Positions 37,778 through 52,885 of a DNA stretch of 64,000 bases are shown one piece after another (within the stretch, counting starts at the first letter, position 1; the number at the start of each line of letters is the position of its first letter). The notes beneath the pieces were generated by a model, which saw only the letters and a list, made by a program, of their open reading frames with translations, ran no database searches and was not told where the DNA came from. Origin of the DNA: Eledone cirrhosa (taxonomy: Eukaryota); contig OZ024740.1 in assembly GCA_964016885.1 (NCBI GenBank), positions 419,244,001 through 419,308,000 of the forward strand. The letters run 5' to 3'. A program made the translations under genes and the position numbers.

Positions 37778-40700
37778 AATAATGAAAATATTGTGTACAG
37801 TGCTCAGGTGTGTATGTATAGTACATAGGGTAATGTACAAACGTCATGAAAATGAACAGTGCATAAGTCATGATATACACATGTGTGCATGTGTATGGAA
37901 GGGGTACATCAGGTGTAGTTTTGGCGAATTTCGGGAAGCATGAGGGTTTTAAAGGATGCAGTGTCTCAGCAGCTAATAACTGACACAGGCTGTTTGTTCC
38001 ATGCTTCAGCAACTCTAAGCGTGAAAAAATGTTTCTGAAAGTCATTGGTTGCACGTCGCTGAACAGTTTCCAGGAAGTCAATGTTCTGAGCAAGATAGGG
38101 GTTCCAGACTGATGATGCGAATTCCAAGTGTTGTCGTACCATAGCTGTATACAGCTTTAAATAAATGGCTGGAGAGCGACTAACAAAGGTCTTGCTGAAT
38201 GATGCCAAGACACCCTCGGCCTTCTTGACAATCTTAGGGACGTGCTTTGTCCAACGCAAATCGCTGCTAACAGTAATGCCCAGGTCACGTTCACAAGAGG
38301 ACTTCTTGATATCAGTATTGTGGAGGGAGTATGTGAACGCTGGGTTTTTCCTCCCAAAATGCATGGTGGTACACTTGTCCACAGCCAGCTTCAGTTGCCA
38401 GTCTGTGATCCATTGCTGCATTGTGTCCAGGTCTGATTGTAGGAAAGAGTTGTAGATTTCAGGATCAGTCCTTTTGATTTCAAGGTACAGCTTGATAGCA
38501 TCTGCATATTTCAGTACCGTGGCATTCTTTAAGTTGGCATCTATGTCATTAATATCTGCCACAAACAAAAGGGGACCATGAACAGATCCCTGTGGTACAC
38601 CAGATGACATCTCATACGGTGAAGAATGCTGTCCTAGAACCGTGACTACTTTTCGGCTGAGAAAGAAGGATTTCAACCAGTTAAAAAGATCATCCCTCAC
38701 ACCCATTGCAGAGAGTTTTGCCATAAGTCTTTTGTGTGGCACAGAATTAAAAGCCTTAGCGAAGTCAAGGTAAACAACATCCACCCATGAACCGCTGTCA
38801 GTGATCTGGGTAACGTCTTCAAGGAACTCGATAAGCTGATCACAACAGCTGGAGTTAGGGATAAATCGAAATTGCGAGGGCCGGATGAGGCTGTGAGCGC
38901 TCCAGAAGTTCCAAAGTGTTTCTCTGACACAGGATTCCATCAGTTTGGCAATACAGTTAGTAAGACTGATTGGACGATATTTGACAGGTGACGTGCGGCC
39001 CTTTTTGAACAGGGGAATGACACTGGCAGTTTTCCACTGCTCCAGAGTAGCACCATTGTTGAGACAGTATTAAAAGAAGAAAGAAAGCTGGTGCAAAAGG
39101 AAGTACTCGCGACGTTTGAGAAGCAGGTATGTAACACCATCAAGACCAAGGGAGGCATAGTTGCGCTTATTCTTAAGGTGACGTCGCAGCATTGCAGGTG
39201 TAAATTCCATAGTTGTTATGGAATTTGATGTTAGAGATGGTGGAGATGGTACATTCTGGTTTTCAACAGTAAAAATGCTTGCATAGCACTGAGCAATGAG
39301 TTCTGCGCATTCTTTGGGATCGTCAGTGATCTGGTTTGTGTGGGGATTGCGAAGAGGACCAACTGGAGAGTGAGGTCTCTGCTTTGAATGAACATATTTC
39401 CAGAACACCTTACTGTCAGGATTGGTTGCTATGCACTGTTCAAATTCAAGTACTGCCTTTTTTATCACTTGCTTGAGATGGTTGGAAGATTTATTCCGCT
39501 TTTTTCTGTTGGCATCTGATTTATGCAGTTTATATTCCCGTTCAGTGTTCCGACGTTCTTTCCTGGCAAGTCGGACCGCTGAAGTTTCCCAAATTGCACT
39601 TTTGGGGTGGTTTTTTTTCTGCTTACGTGGCACTGATGCTGCACACGCTATCTATATTGAGTCCAGGATGCTCTGGAGTATAGTGTTCACATCTCCAGAG
39701 TTATAGAACTCATGCCAGTTTGGGCGCTGTAGCTCAGTGCAGTACAAGTTCCAATCTGCTTTCTTCCAATCAAAGCAAGCAGATTGGAGATGGATCTGGT
39801 TCTTGATGCTGCTCGCAAGAGCCAGATTGGCAATGATCATAGCATGACCAGAGTCGCCTAGAGGTTCCTCAGTAGTACAACTGATAACCACTTCAGGAGT
39901 AGTGAAGATCAGGTCCAAAGTGTTGTCACCTCTTGTTGGGGAAGTGACTACTTGTGACCAGTTTGAGTCCAGCACTAGCTCAAGGAAATCGTTTGCACTT
40001 TGTGGCCAACGAAAGGTTTCCCAATCGATCTCAGGATGATTGAAGTCACTTGCAATAAACACATAAGTGGCTGTTTTCCTGACAGCAGCTCTGAGGATAT
40101 CGCAAAGCTCTGTGTCCTGATGGTAGTTTGGGGGGCGATAAACAACACCAAGCAGAAGTGTTGACATGGTCATACGTATGTCACAGAAAAAAACTTCTTG
40201 TGATTCATTCAAATCAACGCAAGGAATTACCGAAAAGTTTGAACGAACGTAGACCATCACACCACCACCACAGCGATTAATGTGGTCCTTGCGGAACAGG
40301 TTGTACCCAGTAATGCTGAAAACCCCATCACAGAGTAAGGAATGTGCCCATGTTTCCGTGACTAATGAAGTCAGGGTTGATGCTTCTGACGTAGGAGTTA
40401 AACAGATGTATCTTGTTGCATAAACTGCAAGCATTTAAGGAAAACAATTTCTACCCTGCTTACAGTTTATGATGGTGTGTAGAGGATGGCAGGTTGTTCT
40501 GGTTTAGTTTCCCAGAGTTGTTGCAGTTTTTTCATTGCCAGTTATTGTGGGTAGAGCGCACTCAGACCAGCTGGTATCTCTCTTCCACGTTTCACCAGCC
40601 TTAACAAACCTCTAGATCTGCCCATCATCACGCAGACTAAAACTTTCATGTTGTGCTGAGTTCTGATTCAAGGAAGCTGCAGCACGTAGCTTTGGACATA

Positions 40701-41150
40701 TATTAGGTGGTAGGCCTGGGTGTGTTCGGAAGGTAATCAGATTTTCACGCTCAGCTTTAACAGAGGCCAGATGATATGAAATTGCCTCAGCGGGGTCCGA
40801 AAAAGACAGCCTGATGAGTCTGGGTTTTGGCCAGGTCGACCAAGGCGGAGAGCACCCTTTGGGGGAACACAGCCTAGGTCTTTGACTGAGCTGGCAACAA
40901 ATGCCTGAAGATCAGCCGTGTCCTCTGGTACCCCCAATGGCAATTACTTCATGGGTAGCAGATTCCGCAGTCTTCTCAGTGTGCCCAGATACGGCAAGAG
41001 GTACAGGGAGATTCTTTAGCAAGGCATTCCGATAAGACTCCTCATTGTGGGGTCCTACCCGAATGCTTGCTTTTATTCCTGTTACTTCCCTTCTTAAAGC
41101 AGAAATCATTAGTTGCAATTCTGCAAAATCTGTACTGGTCGGTTGTTGTT
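37778..41150 (-). mobile_element. CR1-type LINE, near full-length and decayed (ORF1 remnant, EN, RT)
   Basis: EN VTETW, GGGV, VYRPP, DFN, LDLIF; RT YLDFAKAFNSVPH, GVPQGS, YADA; ORF1-like GVPE...RLG at 40.7-41.1 kb. Confidence 0.9.
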
Positions 41151-41964
41151 GTTGCTGTTATTTGTGCATGTGTTTGTCAATATGGGACAATGTGGTGAAG
41201 GCTGATTTCACACAGCTGAACCTCAAAAAGGATATTGCACAGAAGTTTACTGGTGATTTGCCATACTACAAAAAACTTGCCCTTCCATGAAACGATGATG
41301 GAAAGGATGGCATTGCAGAGGTTGATTGGTATATCAACATTTAGCCCCCCCCCCCCCCCGCATTTGCCAATAGACTCTTTCTTATCTCTTCCCCTTCACT
41401 ACCAGTTTGTCATCACTCAATGTCGTCTGCCTCTGGGTCCTCACACTTCCACTTTAACCATCTGAATTATTCCCACACACCCCGTGATGCGCTGTTAATC
41501 ACTTTTCTTTTTCATGACCCCAACATTTGCTCCTACTCTCTGCCCCTCCTTGATAAGCAGCATGTAGCCACCATTGATACCCCTCTTCCCAGTTCATGCT
41601 GTAACGTGGTATTGCTGGTGTCATGATAAAATGCACCCAGTACACTCTGTAAAGTGGTTAGCATTAGGAATGGCAAACTGAGACATGAGCAAAATGTCAT
41701 CTGACATGTTAAATCTCAAAACACGACACCACAGCCAATCATGAAAAGAAGGATGTAAATTGATGATTAATGACACACCTACACATTTGTGTATATATAT
41801 ATTTAGGTGGGTGTATATATGGGTGAGGGGATGGAGATGTCAGTGGCCACAAAACACCATAGTAAAATCATTTATAACAAAAAAACACGAACACTGACAT
41901 TATTCATATCCTCCATAAAGAATACATCCTGCAGTGTAGTGGTTCACTGAATGTTAGCTGTATA

Positions 41965-42000
<36 letters not shown>

Positions 42001-42020
42001 TGTATGTATGTATGTATGTA

Positions 42021-42052
<32 letters not shown>

Positions 42053-42053
<1 letters not shown>

Positions 42054-43415
42054 CATCATCATTGTTTAACATCCGTTTTCAACGCTAGCATGGGTAGGGT
42101 GGGCTGTCCTGTTGTGAGAAATCAAGTCAGAGGACCGTGTTTTGCTCACACACAACTGATTTTGGCTTGGCTTGGATGCTCTTCCTAATGCCAACCCCAT
42201 TTGGGCTGGGTACTTTTTGTCGTGATACCTACTACAGAACCACTTTACAGTGTGGGCTGGGTGCTTTTTGTCGTGATACCTACTACACAACCACTTTACA
42301 GTGTGGGCTGGGTGCTTTTTGTCGTGATACCTACTACACAACCACATTACAGTGTGGGCTGGGTGCTTTTTGTCGTGATACCTACTACAGAACCACTTTA
42401 CAGTGTGGGCTGGGTGCTTTTTGTCGTGATACCTACTACAGAACCACTTTACAGTGTGGGCTGGGTGCTTTTTGTCGTGATACTACTACACAACCACTTT
42501 ACAGTGTGGGCTGGGTGCTTTTTGTCATGATACCTACTACACAACCACTTTACAGTGTGGGCTGGGTGCTTTTTGTCGTGATACCTACTACAGAACCACA
42601 TTACAGTGTGGGCTGGGTGCTTTTTGTCGTGATACCTACTACACAACCACTTTACAGTGTGGGCTGGGTGCTTTTTGTCGTGATACCTACTACACAACCA
42701 CATTACAGTGTGGGCTGGGTGCTTTTTGTCGTGATACCTACTACACAACCACATTACAGTGTGGGCTGGGTGCTTTTTGTCGTGATACCTACTACAGAAC
42801 CACTTTACAGTGTGGGCTGGGTGCTTTTTGTCGTGATACTACTACACAACCACTTTACAGTGTGGGCTGGGTGCTTTTTGTCATGATACCTACTACACAA
42901 CCACTTTACAGTGTGGGCTGGGTGCTTTTTGTCGTGATACCTACTACACAACCACATTACAGTGTGGGCTGGGTGCTTTTTGTCGTGATACCTACTACAC
43001 AACCACATTACAGTGTGGGCTGGGTGCTTTTTGTCGTGATACCTACTACAGAACCACTTTACAGTGTGGGCTGGGTGCTTTTTGTCATGATACCTACTAC
43101 ACAACCACTTTACAGTGTGGGCTGGGTGCTTTTTGTCATGATACCTACTACAGAACCACATTACAGTGTGGGCTGGGTGCTTTTTGTCGTGATACCTACT
43201 ACACAACCACTTTACAGTGTGGGCTGGGTGCTTTTTGTCGTGGGTTGGGGACTTGGTGGGAATGGGGAATATGCATTGGGAATTGTGGAGGTAGGTATAG
43301 GGGTGGGATGATTTCAGTGGGGAAGGCATATGGGAGGGTAGGTGGTGCATACTAGATGTATGCCTCAGCATGTGCATATGGGAGGGCGGGTCTTTTGTAT
43401 TACTGCATAGCACCA
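42053..43415 (-). mobile_element. RTE 3' end containing a 51-bp minisatellite (~20 copies, 42203-43243)
   Basis: Tail at 42053-42100; unit GTGTGGGCTGGGTGCTTTTTGTCGTGATACCTACTACACAACCACTTTACA; ORF-end remnant ggcgggtcttttgtattactg at ~43385. Confidence 0.9.
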
Positions 43416-46400
43416 TATATTTATGTGTGCATATTTTAGTTGTGTCAAAAACATAACCTCTCAACTGTTAGTAATCTACACAATAACAACACCCAGTACA
43501 CACTGTAAAGTGGTTGGTATTGAGAGGACTCTTCAGTGTGTGTCAAAAAACAGGACAACTTCTCTACACTTGATATGACCGTACATAAGCAGGATACAGA
43601 CCCCTTGGCCTATCTGGGAGGTCAGTAGCTCTGCTTCAGTACTGACTTGGTTTATGTAGACCCATCCAAACCTTGGTAGCAAGGAAAGCAGATGTTAAAT
43701 GATGATGATGATAATAATATACATATAAACCTTTTTTAAAATAAAGAATGGTTTGGCATCAAGAAATGCTTCCAGCTGTTAAAAAAAACCTATCCCAACC
43801 TAAGTGAGTTTGGAAAAGGCAGATATAAAAATGATGATGATTATGATTCAGTTTAAATGAGGAAAAAAGAAAACACTTGATGCTGAAAATAGTTTCAAAA
43901 TACGACGTGAAATTTAGAGTCACAAAATTATAGTTTCAGCTTTAGAGAGAGTAAATGAGAGAGAGTGAGAGAGTTATTTGTTTGAATATTGGTGTAAATA
44001 CCTTGTGACATTTAAATCTAAAAAGGGAAAGTAACATTCTCAGGATGTAGCTTTGGTGGACTTAGCCATTTGTACTGGGGCTAATATAACTGATTAAAAC
44101 ATTTGAAAGCATTGCATTAGCAAAGCTGCAGCACCATAAGTGAAACCAGTAAAGAAGCAATACATATAAATGGTGTAATTTATACAACATGTAGTGTGAC
44201 TCGATAATATTCCAATGAAATTCTATATTCAGTTCTGTATGAGCAAGATATGATCATCTCACCTGGCTTGTCTCACAATGGGACAACTTGTCTAACCCAT
44301 GCTAGACTAGAAAAACAGTGATGATGATGATGATTTTAAGCAACAGCCATTAACATTCACATACTTTACCAAATCAATGATAGTGATTCCATTCTATGTT
44401 AAATATCAGCTTTTCTAATATAACTAACCATCACATTGACATGGGAAACAGTTTCCTAATTCTCATCACATACTCATTCTCCAAAATAGCTGATTGAACC
44501 AATTCTCATCACATTCTCTAAATGAATACACGTGATTTTTTTCTGTTCCTTCCTCTTCTCATTCTCTATCTTTTTATTTCATCTTTTATTTCTCCTTCTA
44601 ACTTCAAATGAAGGACTAATGTCTGTAACATTAAAACTCTTTTCCTACCATATCAAGCGTTAAACTAATATATTTCTTCATTGTTCTGAGTCATTTGCTT
44701 TGTAATTTCTATTTACTTTTTGCATACATTATTTCCATATATTCTGAGTTCCCAGATAATAAGTGGGGTGTTTGGAAAATCGGGAAAATCGATAAAAGCA
44801 GTGGGGACAAATGAGACCTGAGTACTCAGACATGTCAACTGTTAATATCTGATATAATAGTAATAATAATAATGAAATTGTGTACATCAAAGGAGCATGT
44901 ATAGTACATAGAATAATATACAAATGTCAGGAAAGTGAACAGTGTATGAGTCATGATATACATGTGTGCATGTGTTTGGAGGGGGGATATCAGGTGTAGT
45001 GCTGGCCAATTTCAGGAAGTGTGGAGGTTTCAAAGGATGCAGTGTCTCGACAGCTAACAACTGATGCAGGTAGTTTGTTTGATGATTCAGCAACTCTGAG
45101 TGTGAAAAAAGGTTTCTGAAAGTCATGGGAACTGTGCTGTTTTCTGACTTTGTAGGTATACATGTACAGCCAGTATTTGTTTTGTGTATGCAATTTTGTC
45201 AACATATTTTTGTTTAATGATGTATCATTGTTCTTAAAAGGTCTTGCCATTTCTTCTAGAATATATATTTCAATTCTTTTATTCCTTAATATATAGTCTA
45301 TTGTGTTTTGTTATCTAGTCTATATTTAATGGAAGATTTCATAGTATTAACTAGTTGAGACTGTCAGCTTGAGTGACTGAATCTGGATTGTGCTGGTACC
45401 AGTCATTTAGTAGGGTCAGAAATATGGGTTAATTTTTTATAGTTGATTTATAAATCTACCACCCTATTCTGTTTGGATTTCTATCCAGGTATTATTAGAT
45501 GTAGTAATACAGTTCCGTTTGAGCAGGGTACGGCACAGCCAAATGGCCAGACCTCCTTATAATGGGGCCACCCAGTTCCACACTGTAAAGGCGGTTGGTG
45601 TTAGGAAGGGTATCCAGCTGTAAAAAAGAACCCCGCCTAATTACAGTTCCATTTGGGCAAGGTACAGTGCAGCCAACTAGCCAGACTTGTATCATAATGT
45701 GGACGACCTGTCTGACCCATGCAAGCATGGAAAAATAAGACGTTAAACAGTGATGATGATAAAGAATTAGAATTTATGGCTTGCTTCAAATTTACAATGT
45801 TGTCTGATGTTTTGTTTGTTTTCGAAGATGGTACTGACCTTTGACAGAAAAAAATAAGTTCTTTATTTTATTCATTTTTTGTTAATAATAAAAGAAACAA
45901 AGCAGAAAGATATGCATTTAAACCAGCTATATCCAGTCAAAATTCTCTCACCTCTTTCTTTTCAAACTGGCTATAATTGGCCACTCGTACTGATGTTAAG
46001 GTATTGTTCTCAAAATACATAGCATCAAAATCTCGTAGATTCAATATTATGTGAGATAAAAACTTTAACACAAAAATACAATAGTTTATATATAGTAATG
46101 AAAATGCTAACGGGTTAATACTAAAAAATAAAAACTTACTGAAGAATTTGTCACAGCATTTGCTAAAACTGTATCAGACATGCCAAAAATAGACCTGCTG
46201 GTATGAACATGTGTTAAAATGGTGATACTGAGGATGATGATTGTGACAGTGGTGCTGCTGTTGCCATGGTCATGATGATAATGATTGAAAAATTGCATTC
46301 TCCAATTGCTCATTTATATTGCACTATCTAATTACACATTATTTCTTTAACAAATAGGTACTATTAATGTTGTTATTGTTAAACACCACCATCTGGTCTT

Positions 46401-46764
46401 TGAAGAAGTGCTTGTGGCATTCTCTATGCTGCAAGTATTTAGATCAGCCTGTTGGTTCACTCCCTGTTGTGGTTTTCCTGCAAAATTGACTTACAACTGT
46501 TCAGGCTTGGCACCAGCCACATTATCTCACCAGTATAGGAACACCTGTAAAAGTCATGGCCGTTACCCCTTCTCCATAGACTAATTTATAATATAGCAAC
46601 AACTTGAAACTGAGGAGAATAAACATATTTTGAGCCTTGGAGTTTGAATTTATATTAAATATAACTCTTGTATATACTGGTCTCTTTTTGGTGGGGGTTG
46701 TACTGCTTGTTAGTCATTGTTTGATGTCAATAATACCCCCCCCCCCACTGACACCGTCATTGTT

Positions 46765-47091
46765 GTTGTTCTTCTTCACCCACTTATTGCTGAGAGGGTC
46801 AGGGGAGCAGAATCCTAAAACACTCCTTCCAGTGGGTCCTTTCAGAAGCAACCATCTCCAACTGCTCCGGCTGGATCACCAAGCTCAGGGGTCTACCTTT
46901 AAATCTTGCTTGCGGTCTAACTCTGGGGCTCCTGCTGATTGTTTTTGCCTGTAAAATTTGCCCAGTGATTTTTTTTCCTGAGACATTCTAACCAAATACC
47001 CATAGTATCGGAACTGTAATCTCTCAATTTGGAGAAGTAGCGACTCTACCTGGGGTGACCCTCTGATCTCTGACCTAACTATTCTTCCCAA
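46765..47091 (-). mobile_element. Rex3/Expander-like RTE 3' fragment
   Basis: VRSEIR..VESLLLQIERLQFRYYGYLVRMSQE; (GAA/CAA) tail. Confidence 0.65.
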
Positions 47092-47304
47092 ACTAATTTA
47101 TAATATAGGAACAACTTGAAACCGAGAGTAAACACATTTTGAAGTTTGGGGCTTGGATTTATATTAAATATAACTCTTATATATATATATATATATATCC
47201 ACTACTGTTTTTTATTTTTAATACTGCTTGTTAGTCATGGTTTGATGTCAATAATCTCCCCCCCCCCCCCTCCCAAACATGCACACAGTCATCGCCATTG
47301 TTTT

Positions 47305-50212
47305 TATGTCCAATTTGTTGTCCTTGAATGCACGTAGTCTATGCAATAAGATTCATCTTTTTGACTCCTATGTCAAAAGTATCAACCCTGACTTCATTAC
47401 AGTCACGGAAACTTGGGCACATCCCTTACTCTGTGATGGGGTTTTCAGCATGACTGGCTACAACCTGTTTCGTAAAGACCGCATTAATCATTGTGGTGGT
47501 GGTGTAATGGTCCACGTTTGGTCAAATCTGTCGGCAATTCCTTGTGTTGATTTGAACCAATCACAGCAGGAAGTTTTTTTCTGCAATATACGTATGACCA
47601 TGTCAACACTGCTACTTGGAGTCGTTTACCGTCCCCCAAATTACCATCAGGACACTCAACTTTGTGATATCCTCAGAGCTGCTGCCAGGAAGACAGCATG
47701 TTTTCATTGCAGGAGACTTCAATCACCCTGAGATTGACTGGGAAACCTTTCGTTGGCCGCCAAGTGCAAATAACTTCCTTGAGCTAGTGCTGGACTCGAG
47801 TTGGTCCCAAGTGGTCACCTCCCCAACAAGAGGTGACAACACTTTGGACCTACTCTTCACCACTACTCCTGAAACGGTCATTAGTGTTACTGCTGAGGAA
47901 CCTTTAGGTGACTCTGATCATGCTATGATCATTGCCAATCTATCCCTCATGGGCAGTAACAAGAACCACAGCCATCTCCAAACTGCTCACTTTGACTGGA
48001 ATAAAGCAGACTGGAACTGTTACTGCACCGAGTTGCAATGGCCAAACTGGCTTGAGTTCTACGACTCTGGAGATGTCAACACTACTCCAGAACATCCTGA
48101 GCTCAATATGGACAGCATGTGCAGCATCGGTGCCATGTAAGCGGAAAAAACATCCCAAAAGTGCAATTTGGGAGACTGCAGCAGTCCGTCTTGCCAGAAA
48201 AGAATGGCGCAATGCTGAACGTGAGTACAAACTTCACAAATCGGACATTAATAGGAAGAGGCGAAATAGATCGTCCAACCACCTCAAACAGGTGATAAAA
48301 AAGGCAGTGCTTCAATTTGAGCAGTGCATAGCAACCAGCCCTGACAGTAAGGTGTTCACTCAAAGCAGAGGCCTCACTCTCCAGTTGGTCCTCTTCGCAA
48401 TCCCCACACAAGCCAGGTTACTGACGACCCCAAGGAATGCGCAGAGCTCATTGCTGAATGCTATGCAGGCATTTTCACCATTGAAGACCAGAGTGTACCA
48501 TTTCCACCACCTATGACACCGGACTCTATTACAACCATGGAATTTACACCTGCAATGCTGCGACGTCACCTAAAAAATAAACGCAACCATGCTTCTCCTG
48601 GTCTTGATGGTGTTACGTACCTGCTTCTTAAACGTGGTGGGTACTTACTTCTGCACCAGTTATCACGCTTCTTCCAATTCTGTCTGAACAACAGTGCTAC
48701 TCCAAAACAGTGGAAAACTGCCAGTGTCATTCCTCTGTTCAAAAAGGGTGACCGCACATCACCAGTCAGTCTTACTAGTTGCATCGCCAAACTGATGGAA
48801 TCCTGTGTCAGAGAAACACTTTGGAACTTCTGGAGCTCTCACAGTCTTATCCGGCCCTTGCAATTTGGATTTATCCCCAACTCCAGCTGCTGTGATCAAC
48901 TTATAGACTTTCTTGAGGACATCACCCGGATCACTGATGGCGGCTCATGGGTGAATGTTGTTTACCTTGACTTTGCGAAAGCCTTCAATTCTGTGCCACA
49001 CAAAAGGCTTATGGCAAACCTCTCTGCAATGGGTGTGAAGGATGATCTTTTTAACTGGTTGAAGTCCTTCATTCTCAGTCGAAGAGAGGTAGTCACGGTT
49101 CTGGGACAGCATTCCTCACCATATGAGATGTCATCTGGTGTATCACAGGGATCTGTTCTTGGCCCCCTTTTGTTTGTGGCATATATTAATGACATAGATG
49201 CCAACTTAAAGAATGCCACGGTACTAAAGTACGCAGATGACATCAAGCTGTACCTTGAGATAAAAAGGACAGATCCTGAACATTATAGATCTTGCTTGCA
49301 GTCTGACCTGGAGACAATGCAACAATGGATCTCAGACTGGCAACTCAAGCTAGCTGTGGACAAGTGCACCACCATGCATTTTGGGAGTAAAAAACCCAGC
49401 GTCCACATACTCCCTCCACAGCACTAATATGAAGAAGTCTTCTTGTGAAGGTGACCTGGGCATTACGGTCAGCAGCGATTTGCGTTGGATGAAGCACGTC
49501 TCTAAAATTGTCAAGAGGGCCGAGGGTGTCTTAGCATCACTCAGCAAGACCTTTGTCAGCTGATCTCCAGCTATCTATTTAAAGCTGTACATGGCTATGG
49601 TGCAACTACACTTAGAATTTGCATCACCAGTCTGGAACCCCTATCTTGCTCAGAACATTGACCGCCTGGAAACTGTTCAGAGACGTGCAACCAAGCGAAT
49701 ACCCTCCATCAGGTATCTACCATACTCTGAGTGCCTTGCTTCCCTGGGCATAGATACATTGAAGCTCCGACGCCTGGCAACTGACTTGGTAAACACCCAC
49801 AAAATTGTTAACCATCTTGCCAACAACAACCCTGAGTACCTTTTTGATTTCCATGTGTCTAACACACGTGGACATGCCAACAAAGTAAGAAAACAGCACA
49901 GTTCCCATGACTTTCGGAAACATTTTTTCACGCTCAGAGTTGCTGAAGCATGGAACAAACTACCTGCATCAGTTGTTAGCTGTCGAGACACTGCTTCCTT
50001 TAAGGCCTCCATGCTTCCCGAGATCCGCCAACACTACAGCTAATGTTCCCCCTCCATACACATACACACATGTATACCATGACTCATACACTATTCACTT
50101 CCCTGACATTTGTGTATTATTCTATGTACTATACACACACCTTTGACGAGTTGTAGTGCACCTGAGCACTTTACACAATGATTTCATTATTATTATATTA
50201 TTATTATATTAC
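47305..50212 (+). mobile_element. CR1-type LINE ORF2 (EN plus RT), frameshifted
   Basis: SLNARSL, ITVTETW, AGDFN, SDH, YLDFAKAF, QGSVLGPLLF, YADD, QRRATK, (ATT)n tail. Confidence 0.93.
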
Positions 50213-50272
50213 TATTTCTATCAGACAAATCGAGAACAAAATAGTTGTCACTGATCATGAGTTTTATTATCA

Positions 50273-50800
<528 letters not shown>

Positions 50801-52054
50801 TGTTAGTGTAGTTTGTATTCCAGATGACTCGTTTCACTAATGCTTTTCATTGAAACACTAAGCATGATATCTGTTATATTTTCTAACTTAAATATTTCCA
50901 TTTTTCATCAGTACCATAGTTTAGAAAGTAACTATAAAGTATTATGAAAACATAAAACAAAAAGCAAGAGAGATAAGTTTATTTTGCAAATTTACTGATA
51001 ACTAAAATATATTATGCTACTTTATTAATGCCATTTTGATGTAAAAAGAAGGAAATATAGAAGTGGATAAGATTATAATTTACAGACTATTAACCTCATA
51101 GTTAGAGATGAAAGATTGTTCAATATTTGCATCTCTTGTGTAGATGCACATCTCGCAAAGTCTTTCATCTGAAAAGAAAGAGGTTAATAGTGTGAAAAAT
51201 TATAATTTTATTAACAACGCGTTTCAGACATTTAGAGATCTAAAAAGAAAAACATTGTTTTCCATTCCGTCTTTTTTCTTTTATTTGTCTGAAAGAGAAA
51301 CATAAATTGTTGATCAATAAATTTCGGTGAAAGTTTTTTTAAAGCTACATTGTAAAAGAATTGGGTTAGTTGAAATATAGTTTTTGAAATAGTGTTATCA
51401 GAAAGGTTTATATTCTGTGAGGAAATAAAGTAACTTGTCTGTGGTTACCCTTGAATAAGTTTTATTGGGAGAACATTTTTTTCACTTCATCAAATTGAAG
51501 ATACTTTATTTTATAATAATCAATAGTCTTAAATGTCTTGTAGTTCACTCAATAAAAAATATGCTTTAAAATATTGCACAGTTTTGATAAAATTATATAA
51601 AGGTTATTAATATGTATTATTTCATTTGTCAATACACTTTATTTTAATATTTAATACTAGAATACAATTACAGCTCTTAGGTTGTGACTGAGGAGAAATT
51701 AACCTGAAGTCACTGACTGACAAATGTAAATTCTTTCTTAATAATTGTTTGATATGTCTCATTATCTTGTTAATATGTCATTTGTAAAATTGTAGCATTG
51801 CATTAGGCTTTTCATCCTCCTCATTAATAACTGAAAGAACACTGGCATTGGGCATTATTTTCAAGTACTTTTCAACTGTTGATTTAAAAATTCATGCAAA
51901 TTTTATAAAATCATTTAAATTAAACTGCAATCTAAACAGAAATAAATAGTTAAAAAATAAAATAAATGGCATTAGGTTATTGTCAATACAAGTGGCTGAA
52001 ATGGGGTTTCTACAAAGGGTGTTTGGAGTAAAGTTGTTTGATAGAATGTGTAGC

Positions 52055-52356
52055 TTGGAGATCAGAGTTACTCCAGGAAGAGCCACTATTTCTCCAAATT
52101 GAGAGATCATAGCTCCGATTCTATGGGCATGTGGTTAGAATTCCTCAGGAAAGAATTGCTGGACAGATTTTACAGGTAAAACCCAGGGGTACAACCTGAG
52201 CAAGATGGTTAGATAACTTCCATAAGCTTGGCTGGTCTCGCTTGGGGATGAAGCTGGTTCAGTTGGAGATGGTTGCTTCTGACAGGACTTGCTGAAGGAG
52301 TGTTTGAAGACTCTGCCCCCATGACCCTCTCAGGAATAAGTAGGTGAAGAAGGAGA
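52055..52356 (+). mobile_element. Rex3/Expander-like RTE 3' fragment
   Basis: gagccactatttctccaaattgagagatcatagctccgattctatgggcatgtggttagaat...ctcaggaataagtaggtgaagaag. Confidence 0.65.
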
Positions 52357-52885
52357 AAATGATTGTTATTGAAATGCAAATTATTACCTCATTGTAATAG
52401 TATGCAAATTGTGTAGGGCAGAGGTTAGACTAAATAGGAAGCATGTTGTTAGAACATAATTCTCTTATAGGTTGTTCAAAATGGTAGCAATCTATTAACT
52501 GTGTAGTTTTGTTTTGTATATTTTAATACATCATTCCAAGGAGTAATGTTTCTCTACAGTAACTTACTTAGCAAACAATTGTAAGGTGATATTAATTTTG
52601 AACTTTAGAAATTTGGTTATTGAAAGAAAATTTATGCAGCAAAGAATGGTAGCGATTATTGGCATTATGATAAAAAACAGAGGAAAGGTTTGCTATGACA
52701 TTAGTTAAATATTTGTTTTTGATTTCTCTTCAAATATAGTAACAATACTTATGATTTTAGTGTATTAATATTTGGTATTGTTAACTCACATCTTCCACTA
52801 CCATTTCTGGCACTGATATAGATATGTTTTCTGAAAGGACTGGTAATAAATAATTATATATATATATAAATAATTATATATATAT

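Noticed and set aside
38040-38056. ~0.2 kb deletion in the minus CR1 copy relative to the plus copy (RRATN|DFQKH)
   Set aside because: An ordinary post-insertion deletion with short CCA microhomology.
44605-44636. Hammerhead-like remnant CAAATGA-A-GGAC-TAAT-GTCT-GTAAC (possible Penelope relic)
   Set aside because: Both the CUGANGA and GAAA core motifs are mutated, so it is not supportable as a ribozyme.
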